Below the pieces are notes generated by a model. The model was not told where the DNA came from. It searched no databases and saw only the letters and a list, made by a program, of their open reading frames with translations. A DNA stretch of 32,000 bases, from contig CP006868.1 in NCBI GenBank assembly GCA_025340205.1, positions 660,001 to 692,000 of the forward strand, read 5' to 3'. The position numbers and the translations under genes are program-made. Origin of the DNA: Ignicoccus pacificus DSM 13166. Lineage in GTDB: Archaea > Thermoproteota > Thermoprotei_A > Sulfolobales > Ignicoccaceae. The stretch's first letter is position 1. The number at the start of each line of letters is the position of its first letter. This document shows positions 1 through 7,049 of this stretch, one piece after another.

Positions 1-396
1 TTCGAAATGAGGAGAGAACACTTGGAGGTAGCCAAGAAAAACCTAAGGAGGTTCGGCCTAGATAAGAACGTGGTGTTCGTGAGAGACACCCTAGCTAATG
101 CCCCAAGGGTTTTCGGCGAAGAGGTATTCGACTTGGCTGTGGTGGACGTGGGAGACCCTTGGAACGTGGTAGAGGGGGTGTGGAAAGCCTTGAAAGGAGG
201 AGCTCCCACCGCCTTCTGGCTTCCTACGACGAATCAGTTGGAGAAGCTCAAGAAGGCGTTGGAGGGAAGGTTCTTGTGGATAGAGGCATTAGAAGTTACG
301 GAAAGGAGAATGAGGGTCTCCGTGGGAGCGGTTAGGCCCGAACAGTTCGGAATAACGTTTACGGGCTACTTAGTTATAGCTAGGAAGATCTCATAG
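1..396 (+). CDS. trmI: C-terminal fragment of tRNA (adenine-58-N1) methyltransferase (TrmI family), truncated by window edge
   Basis: Frame 1 is open from base 1 (FEMRREHLEVAKKNLRRFGLDKNVVFVRDTL...FDLAVVDVGDPWNVV...). The E-xR-x-E-hxxxAxxNL and D-x-xDPW pattern is typical of archaeal TrmI. Confidence 0.8.
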   Translation, partial: FEMRREHLEVAKKNLRRFGLDKNVVFVRDTLANAPRVFGEEVFDLAVVDVGDPWNVVEGVWKALKGGAPTAFWLPTTNQLEKLKKALEGRFLWIEALEVTERRMRVSVGAVRPEQFGITFTGYLVIARKIS

Positions 397-1615
397 CCTC
401 TATCTCCTTGTGCAGTATCTCCCTGTCTACTAAGGCTAGAGCGACTATCCCGACGAGGCCTATCAGACCGGCTATGACGAATACCCAACCCCCGTCCATA
501 CCATTATCCACGAACCACTTGTACAGTATTGAACCAAATAAGGGGCCTATGATCATGCCGAAGTTGAAGGTAGATTGTTGTATTCCGAATACCTTTGCCG
601 TAAGCTCCTTTGGTATTAGATCGCTCTGCACGCTTCTCATTAACGGCATAGCAACGCTTGTAGCGAAGTTAAATACAGTTAATACCAATACCATGCTCGC
701 GTATCCTTTTGCTAGCATCATTGCCATCAGAGCTATCTTGTGTATTGCCCCGGTCCACACGAGTATCTGGAACCTTCTCTGAAAGCCTATTTCGTCCATC
801 TTCTTGGTTAATGGAACTGCCAGGAGCATGCCAACTATTCCACTTATCGCTAGAATACTCGCTAGCTCCATTGGAACTGAAGTTATGTATTGCATTATGT
901 ATATTAGCAGAACACTCATCATCATTCCTCCTGCTATTCCATTAACGAAACCATTCAAGAAGAAGACGTAAAGGGCTCCCATGATCTTTGCAGATAGCTC
1001 CCTCAACTTCTTGGACTTATGAATAACTTCCGGAACCTTAATCATCATAATTATTCCTAGTATAGCTCCTATAGGGAGCAACACAAAGGGAGTCCTTACT
1101 GCGACGTCAAGGGGAAGGGAAGCAGCTGCTTGAAGCACCGCTCCACCTAAGACCGGGCCGAAGATGAATCCCAAGTTCATTGCCATAACATAGAACATTA
1201 GAGCCTTAGTCTTGCTCTCTGGAAATAGGTCAACTAGCAAGGATTCAGCTATAGGCCACACTAAGGCTGAGGCAACTCCTTGAAGAGCCCTCCAGAGGAG
1301 GACTTGGAGGAATGAGTTTGAGAAGATCATTCCAATTCCGCTTATCAAGTAGAGAATCAATCCGCTCATTAACGCCCTCTTTCTACCCGTCCTCTCAGCG
1401 ATGAATCCGGACGAGAAGGCAACTATCACTCTAGTAGCCATGTAAGCCGACGTAAGGGTTCCGACCTCTACCACTACCTTTTCGGCCGGCAAGAACTTGG
1501 CCACTATCTGGTGCAGGGATCCCTTTAGATATAACATGAAATAGGGTAACGCTACGTTCGACGCAGCGAAGGTTATACTGATTATTAGCGACAGCAGTAC
1601 GAACCTCTTCCACAT
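380..1615 (-). CDS. MFS family transporter
   Basis: About 12 hydrophobic segments; GFIAERTGRKRALMSG matches the MFS loop 2-3 motif. The tracked ORF extends to 1705, but the internal Met (MWKRFVLLSLIIS) at 1615 gives a more plausible start. Confidence 0.85.
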   Translation of the reverse strand: MWKRFVLLSLIISITFAASNVALPYFMLYLKGSLHQIVAKFLPAEKVVVEVGTLTSAYMATRVIVAFSSGFIAERTGRKRALMSGLILYLISGIGMIFSNSFLQVLLWRALQGVASALVWPIAESLLVDLFPESKTKALMFYVMAMNLGFIFGPVLGGAVLQAAASLPLDVAVRTPFVLLPIGAILGIIMMIKVPEVIHKSKKLRELSAKIMGALYVFFLNGFVNGIAGGMMMSVLLIYIMQYITSVPMELASILAISGIVGMLLAVPLTKKMDEIGFQRRFQILVWTGAIHKIALMAMMLAKGYASMVLVLTVFNFATSVAMPLMRSVQSDLIPKELTAKVFGIQQSTFNFGMIIGPLFGSILYKWFVDNGMDGGWVFVIAGLIGLVGIVALALVDREILHKEIEAMRSS

Positions 1616-1676
1616 GCTTAGACCCGCTGGTGCTGGATGGGAGGGACTTTTGACACGTTCGATGCTTGTGTACGCA

Positions 1677-2081
1677 CTAGTAACCCCTTCTAAGGAATAT
1701 TCCAAAATCCACCAAGTTAATAGCCATATTCGTCTTGAGCAAGGCCAATCCTAATAGGACGTCCTCCCAGTACACCAGTACGTAACCCCTCTTACAAGGC
1801 TTCTTGATCACTTCAAAGGATTTGGAGAATAGGTCACGGCCGTAGAGGAACAGCATAGCCTTTTTCTCGTCCATTACCTTTATAATTCCTCTACCCGCTG
1901 TGGAAGCTAAGAGCTTCACTCCTCCGGGGGTCACCTTTGCCCCTTCTTCTATCAAGTAACTTCCTCCTTCAACATGAGAAGCGAAGAGCTTGTTCCCCTC
2001 TCTCCTAAATTTCACATCATATAGCTTGGAACCGAGACACTCCTTTAATGCGAAGAAAGAGGGTGGAGAGGGCTTTCTCAA
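1677..2081 (-). CDS. NIP7-like PUA-domain protein (ribosome biogenesis / RNA-binding)
   Basis: AMLFLYGRDLFSKSFEVIKKPCKRGYVLVYWEDVLLGLALLK resembles the NIP7 PUA segment (FLYGNHVLKSG...VVVYSMADIPLGFG). Confidence 0.6.
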   Translation of the reverse strand: MRKPSPPSFFALKECLGSKLYDVKFRREGNKLFASHVEGGSYLIEEGAKVTPGGVKLLASTAGRGIIKVMDEKKAMLFLYGRDLFSKSFEVIKKPCKRGYVLVYWEDVLLGLALLKTNMAINLVDFGIFLRRGY

Positions 2082-2106
2082 GGGCCCTCAGCCCTCACAC
2101 GGGTCA

Positions 2107-2721
2107 TCACTCTTCAGAGCCGGTGATCCTCTTCACTGGACCCATCACTTCCTTGTAGAAGATGAACTCTTGGAGCTTGTTAAGTATGTTGGTAACGTAG
2201 TCTATCTTTCTCCTAAGCTCATAGTCTCTTGGGTTCACGTGCAGCATGAATAGATATATCTCTTCTATTACATTCCTAACTTTCTTGGCGAACTCCACAT
2301 CTCCAGCTATCATCTTATCGGTCGCTATCCTGAGCAACTCTCCAGCGGCGTCCATGATACCGGCGATGTACTCTTGAACGGTCGTTTCGAGTTCTTCCTT
2401 TGTCGGAAATCTACCTTCCTTCATGAAGTAGTATATTGCTGCCGCTTCAACGTACTCCTGATCAGCGTTGAATATCATGTTTATCGTGGAAAGCCTTGGA
2501 TTATCCTTGGCTATCTTGAACATCTCTGTTCTCATCTCCTCCATTTCCTTTAGCCTCTTCTCTGCCTCCTCCATGTTGCTCCTTCTAACGGCGTAGATGC
2601 AAAGCTTGCTGTTCTTGATTACCTTTCTGGCTAAATCATATATCTTATCCTTGAGATCGTCGTAGACATCGAGCTCTTGAGCGAGCTTTTCTGCATAGTC
2701 CTTGGTGAGAGGCTCTACCAT
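2107..2721 (-). CDS. Translin family protein (archaeal)
   Basis: 204-aa all-helical protein with translin-like features (KVIKNSKLCIYAVRR..., EYIAGIMDAAGELLRIATDKMIAGD, VRNVIEEIYLFMLHVNPRDYELRRKIDYVTNILNKLQEFIFYKEV). Confidence 0.8.
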   Translation of the reverse strand: MVEPLTKDYAEKLAQELDVYDDLKDKIYDLARKVIKNSKLCIYAVRRSNMEEAEKRLKEMEEMRTEMFKIAKDNPRLSTINMIFNADQEYVEAAAIYYFMKEGRFPTKEELETTVQEYIAGIMDAAGELLRIATDKMIAGDVEFAKKVRNVIEEIYLFMLHVNPRDYELRRKIDYVTNILNKLQEFIFYKEVMGPVKRITGSEE

Positions 2722-2724
2722 CCC

Positions 2725-3294
2725 TCACACCTCTATTCCCGCTTGCCTCAATCTACCCTTCATAGTGGGCACATCGGTCTCGGGAAATAGCTCCAACCTC
2801 TCCTTGATCTTCCTTATGTTCAAGCTTATCTTCTTCTGATCGGCTAAAGCCTTGACTCCCCTTATCACGTCTATTGCCTCTGGATCCTCCGACCTGGACT
2901 TCAACACAACGTAGTCCTCAGGAGAGATCTTCCTTATCTTAACTCCCTTTATCTCTATGGTCTTTGCCTCGTCAAGTATCTCCTGGGGTACGTAGAAGTC
3001 CATTATATTATCGTAGAACTCTATCTCTACTTGAGATTTTGGACCGTCCGCGACCATCTTCGGGGTTCCCAGACCGGTGTGGCCGTATTCCCAACCCATT
3101 TCCAGAGCAAAGCTTCTGAAGAGGTCCTCCTCTACTAAGGCGAAGTGGTTAGTCGGAAAGAGGTCCAAGTCCCCGGTGAACTGCTTCTTCCTCAGCTCGA
3201 GCTCTATGGTAGTACCGCCTATGATTACCGCCTCCAGACCGGCCTCAGACAGCTTCTTCATTACGTACAATAAATCGTCGAGCGTATAGGTCAA
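2725..3294 (-). CDS. Nucleotidyltransferase-fold protein (AbiEii/minimal NTase-like)
   Basis: IIGGTTIELELRKKQFTGDLDLFP matches the GG...[T/S]xDhD motif of the NTase superfamily. Confidence 0.65.
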   Translation of the reverse strand: MTYTLDDLLYVMKKLSEAGLEAVIIGGTTIELELRKKQFTGDLDLFPTNHFALVEEDLFRSFALEMGWEYGHTGLGTPKMVADGPKSQVEIEFYDNIMDFYVPQEILDEAKTIEIKGVKIRKISPEDYVVLKSRSEDPEAIDVIRGVKALADQKKISLNIRKIKERLELFPETDVPTMKGRLRQAGIEV

Positions 3295-3300
3295 CGTTCA

Positions 3301-3468
3301 TTACCTCTTGCCTCCGATCTCGTAGTGCTTCGGCCTCAAGTTGGTGCTCTTACACCTTCTGCACTTCTTGGCTCCCCAAGGGTTGAGAGCTCCGCATCTC
3401 CTGCACACGTACTTCTTTAGCACTCTCTTCTGAACTATGGCTATCAGCTCGGGGTCCGTGACTGGCAT
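3301..3468 (-). CDS. rpl40e: 50S ribosomal protein L40e
   Basis: Hand translation from the minus strand: [55 protein letters not shown], 55 aa with a CxxC...CxxC zinc ribbon. Absent from the provided ORF track, probably because of length. A ggtgag-type RBS lies just upstream. Confidence 0.95.
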   Translation of the reverse strand: MPVTDPELIAIVQKRVLKKYVCRRCGALNPWGAKKCRRCKSTNLRPKHYEIGGKR

Positions 3469-4066
3469 TCTTTCCTCACCGCTAGGCCCATTGGGTAGAG
3501 AGCTTTAAAGGAAAGCGGGATCCCCTTCCATGACAACCCGCCGAGGCTCCCGAGGGGAGGCGATGAAAGCGGGAGTTACTCCCGGATTCCTTGTCACATA
3601 CCTTATAGAGAGCCTTAAGCTCTATATCATAGCACGGTATAAGGATGAGGGTACTAGCGCCCTTACTTCTGTCGCTTTCCTTAGCACCTGTCCAGAGCAC
3701 CTAATGATAGTCCACAATCCGAGCTCTCAAAGTTTGACCTATTTTCCAAGTAAGGGCAAAGCTTCCTACAGATCTTCAGGAAAAGATCATCACGATCAAA
3801 CGTGTAAGGTTACTCTAACTCCTAACTGGACTAGCTTTGAAGAGATAAGGCAATTGAATTCATAAAGGTAATTAAGCATTATAGAGGTTTCTATGTTTTC
3901 TCCGAAACACTAGTGCTGAGGGATCTGAGCTTCATCGATAAAGCCTTGAAGCAGATGATATCAAAGGTAGGAAAGCTGAAGAAGGAAGTTAATGAGTATG
4001 AGAGCTTAACCAAGTTAGCGCTAAGCGGTTGAGCTAATTAATCCCAGATCGCTCCTCCTTCATGAA

Positions 4067-4136
4067 GGCGGGCGGGTCAGAGGTGGACTCTTCGCTCATC
4101 GATCACCCAAGACCCCATTCATCATTCCCGCCCGCC
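4067..4136 (-). ncRNA. Probable archaeal C/D box guide sRNA
   Basis: Minus strand reads GGCGGGCGGG-A-ATGATGA(C)-ATGGGGTCTTGG-GTGA(D'-like)-TCGATGA(C'-like)-GCGAAGAGTCCACCT-CTGA(D)-CCCGCCCGCC. It has perfect C and D boxes, a 12-nt C-D' spacer, and a perfect 10-bp terminal stem (4127-4136 with 4067-4076). Confidence 0.7.
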
Positions 4137-4379
4137 AATGCTCTCTAACTTCGTGAGGATAATCACAATAGAGAGCTAGGTGAAAGTGATCACAGCTTTA
4201 ACACACAATCAAATCGAGTAAGACATCCTGAAGACCAAGTACTCATTTCCAACGAAGAATAAAGAGTTGATCCAAAATGAGAATGCTTCTCCATTTCATG
4301 CGATATTTTTTCGCACTTATACCTTACTCTAACTAGAAAATTTATTAATCGAGAATATTCTAATGCTATTGGTGAGAAT

Positions 4380-4670
4380 GTGGTGGAGTTATTCCAGTCA
4401 CGCCCTCTAAGGCCTCCAGACAAGAGGATACTTGAACCTTGGAATGAGGTCATAGAAGTATGGAAAAACGGTGACTCATCCATAGTGGAAATGAACGGAT
4501 GGACACCCCTAGGCAGGGCACTCTTCGAAGTAAGAACCGACTCTTTAGGAAGGTTAAACGTGGAGGCACTCAATCCTGAAGCACAGATGATTCTCTCAAA
4601 CTTACAAACGACTCCTACCGATGAGGCCATGAAGAAGTTCCTCGAGAGACTTAAGAGATATTCCCTATAA
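4380..4670 (+). CDS. Hypothetical protein (96 aa)
   Basis: GTG start preceded by ggtgag and an AT-rich TATA-like aaaatttattaat about 35 nt upstream. Composition looks protein-like, but no family was recognised. Confidence 0.5.
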   Translation: MVELFQSRPLRPPDKRILEPWNEVIEVWKNGDSSIVEMNGWTPLGRALFEVRTDSLGRLNVEALNPEAQMILSNLQTTPTDEAMKKFLERLKRYSL

Positions 4671-4869
4671 GTAGAGACTTTATTTTCGCATGTTTTTGGT
4701 ATAGTAATATAGTAAGCTAATAATGATCTAAACGATCTATTTACTAATAATGCATACCAGAGAAGGCCACATGATTCAAGCTGAGAGGGAAAAGTGAAAG
4801 TAACTAAATCGCTATCCTAAATCACCTAGACTTTTAGGTAATTATGTGTAGCTTCGCAAGGGTCTCCCT

Positions 4870-5415
4870 TTGTCCCTCCTCGAAGAGCTCCAAAGGAAAG
4901 CTAATGAAGAAAGCAAGTACCCAAACGATCAAGAGTTCTTGGAAAGGAAGGCAATTGATGTAGTTTACGAAATGCTCAAGGCAAAGGAACTGCTCGAAAA
5001 GGGAGATACGAGAAACGCTGCTGGCAAGGCATTCCAAGCTTGGAAGGATCTGCTTTCATGCTTGGTCTACTTGAACTTGGATAAGCTAGCTAAAGATGAG
5101 AAGGAGAAAGAGTGGTACCTCAAAAAGGGAATAATAGTTCCAACCACCAAAATGCAGCCCTTGGCGTTGAAACTAGAGGAGCTAGGCTTCAAGGGGATCT
5201 CTTCTTGGAGTGATAAAGCTCTACTTCTCCACAACTACCAGTACAACGGACCGGATCCAGACAACTACTACGGAGGGATCGTAAGCGAAGAGGTCGCTAA
5301 GGAGTACGTGAAGCTCTTGCTAAAGGCTACTAAGGAGTACTTGGAGAAGTACGTTCTTCCTCATATCAAAGGGAAGAGCTTGGAGATGATAAGGGAAGGG
5401 ATGAGATTAGTTTGA
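4870..5415 (+). CDS. PaREP1-like / HEPN-like helical protein
   Basis: AKELLEKGDTRNAAGKAFQAWKDLLSCLVYLN resembles the PaREP1 family helical repeat. TTG start as tracked. Confidence 0.55.
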   Translation: MSLLEELQRKANEESKYPNDQEFLERKAIDVVYEMLKAKELLEKGDTRNAAGKAFQAWKDLLSCLVYLNLDKLAKDEKEKEWYLKKGIIVPTTKMQPLALKLEELGFKGISSWSDKALLLHNYQYNGPDPDNYYGGIVSEEVAKEYVKLLLKATKEYLEKYVLPHIKGKSLEMIREGMRLV

Positions 5416-5426
5416 AGTTGTGAAAG

Positions 5427-5504
5427 TGGCGCCGCGGCCGGGATTTGAACCCGGGTCACGGGCTCGACAGGCCCGCATACTAGGCCTGGCTATACTACCG
5501 CGGC
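5427..5504 (-). tRNA. tRNA-Asp (GTC), CCA encoded
   Basis: Minus strand GCCGCGGTAGTATAGCCAGGCCTAGTATGCGGGCCTGTCGAGCCCGTGACCCGGGTTCAAATCCCGGCCGCGGCGCCA. The 7-bp acceptor is perfect, the anticodon loop is CTGTCGA, and the T arm is GGGTTCAAATCCC. Confidence 0.97.
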
Positions 5505-5531
5505 ACTTCCGTGCAGGGGAAGAGTGACTAT

Positions 5532-5540
5532 CTTTATAAG
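5532..5540 (-). promoter_or_regulatory. TATA box of tRNA-Asp
   Basis: cttataaag on the minus strand about 30 nt upstream of the tRNA 5' end. Confidence 0.6.
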
Positions 5541-5569
5541 CTTTTCCCTTCAAGCGCTTTTGAACTTGA

Positions 5570-6265
5570 ATGGATCGCCTCCTAGAGGGCAAAGGCTTGG
5601 TAAGGATCACACTCGATGATTATGCCAGAGAACTCGGAGCCTTCTTGGCCTATGACGAAGCACTAAACGTAAAAGTGTTAGAAAATGATAGCGATGTAGA
5701 GAGACTTCTTAGAGAAGCAGAAGAGGAGGTCAGAAGAGAGCTAACCATAGAAAACTTGAAGAGTAATAGCATCATAAGGGCTTACAGAGATTTCATGTGG
5801 AAGATAGGAATCGATCCCACTAAGATTAGGCCGGCCTCAGAGGCTCTGATAAGAAGGGCGCTAAGAGGAAACTTGCCTAATATAAACTCCTTGGTAGACT
5901 TAGGAAATGCTATAAGCATAAAGTATATGGTCCCCATTGGCATATATGATTTAAACAAAATAGTCTCAGACTTAAAGCTCAGAAGGGCTAGGGAAGGAGA
6001 GAAGTTCGAGCCCATAGGTAGAGGAGAAGTTATCCTTAAGGGGAATGAACTGGTTTTAGCTGATGATGTAGGTATTCTCCATTTATTCCCTTATAGAGAC
6101 TCAAGGAGAACTATGATCACTTTGGATACAAGGAATGCCTTGGTTGTAGCTGCCGGAGTTCCTGGAGTAGATATCGATAGGGTAAAGGGAGCGGTTCACG
6201 AGATATTAAAGTTCTTAGAGGGAAAGGGTGCCAAGGTGAGCCACGATGTGTACCTCGCCAAGTGA
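5570..6265 (+). CDS. B3/B4 tRNA-binding domain protein (PheT-like editing domain)
   Basis: MWKIGIDPTKIRPASEALIRRALRG-NLPNINSLVDLGNAISIKYMVPIGIYDL matches the B3/4 domain signature. Confidence 0.85.
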   Translation: MDRLLEGKGLVRITLDDYARELGAFLAYDEALNVKVLENDSDVERLLREAEEEVRRELTIENLKSNSIIRAYRDFMWKIGIDPTKIRPASEALIRRALRGNLPNINSLVDLGNAISIKYMVPIGIYDLNKIVSDLKLRRAREGEKFEPIGRGEVILKGNELVLADDVGILHLFPYRDSRRTMITLDTRNALVVAAGVPGVDIDRVKGAVHEILKFLEGKGAKVSHDVYLAK

Positions 6266-7049
6266 GTGCAGGAAGGCAGCGCTGAGAGCAGCGGAAAAAG
6301 GAATTGAATACTTGAGGAAAAGCTTCCTTAAAGAGGAACTTACCAATGTAGTGGAGGATCACAAGACCGACGTAAGCAGAAAGGTCGATTTGGAAGTCGA
6401 GGACATAATAATAAGAACGCTAAGAGAAGAGGGCTTCAAGGGAAGCATAGTCACCGAGGAGAAAGGCGTAGTAGGGGATGGGGAGGACCACGCGATAATA
6501 GACCCCCTTGACGGAAGCTTGGATTTTAGTGTAGGAATGCCCTACTTCATAGTAAGCGTCGCCATAGCCAAAGGGGAGACCCTAAGGGATGTAGTGGCCG
6601 GCGCCCTCTGTCCCTCCTTCGGCCATCCTTGCTACTCCTTCGATGACAGAGGAGTGTACGAAGGCGACTTGCCCTTGAAAAGGGGCAAGAGAGAAAAAGT
6701 GATGATCTTCTATGGCGATCCGGAGAGTAAACAATTAGAGTTCCTTAAGCGCAGTCATGAACTGTTGGGCAGACCTAAGATAAGAACTCCAGGAGCCATA
6801 GCTTTCGATCTGTTACACTTGGTAAGAGGTAAGGTTTTAGCAGTTATAGACATAAGGAATAAGTTAAGGAACGTCGATATAGCAAGTGCCATACCCATGT
6901 ACCTAAGGGTAGGTGGAAACGTCAACGAAGACGTACTCGACACGAAAGTAGACTCCGTAAGGGTTGCGGGAGACATAATAGCTCTGGACGATGAAGAGAA
7001 ATTCAAGGAGTTAATACAGGCCCGCGCCGCCCTCCTCGGTAGGCGGTGA
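6246..7049 (+). CDS. Inositol monophosphatase / archaeal FBPase family protein
   Basis: IVTEEKGVVG..., DPLDGSLDFSVGMPYFIVSVAIA and a C-terminal IASAIPMYLRVGG-like region match the IMPase superfamily metal-binding motifs. Confidence 0.85.
   Translation: MCTSPSECRKAALRAAEKGIEYLRKSFLKEELTNVVEDHKTDVSRKVDLEVEDIIIRTLREEGFKGSIVTEEKGVVGDGEDHAIIDPLDGSLDFSVGMPYFIVSVAIAKGETLRDVVAGALCPSFGHPCYSFDDRGVYEGDLPLKRGKREKVMIFYGDPESKQLEFLKRSHELLGRPKIRTPGAIAFDLLHLVRGKVLAVIDIRNKLRNVDIASAIPMYLRVGGNVNEDVLDTKVDSVRVAGDIIALDDEEKFKELIQARAALLGRR

Noticed and set aside
408-945. Plus-strand ORFs 408..782 and 709..945
   Set aside because: Antisense to the MFS transporter gene, with compositions that do not resemble independent proteins.
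3530-3865. Plus-strand 111-aa ORF (and minus 3482..3700)
   Set aside because: No recognisable domain, atypical composition, and a GC-rich hairpin-prone start region. Considered doubtful rather than a supported CDS.
4190-4630. Minus-strand 146-aa ORF
   Set aside because: Overlaps the 4380..4670 plus ORF, which has better promoter and RBS context. Both lack homology evidence, so the minus ORF is only less likely, not excluded.
4834-5037. Minus ORF of 67 aa
   Set aside because: Antisense to the PaREP1-like gene with no independent support.
5427-5504. Possible integrated element using tRNA-Asp or tRNA-Ser as att site
   Set aside because: No integrase, no duplicated tRNA 3' end, and no phage or plasmid genes were seen in the window.
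5407-5610. Minus ORF of 67 aa spanning the tRNA
   Set aside because: The region is the tRNA-Asp gene, and the ORF translates its structured sequence.
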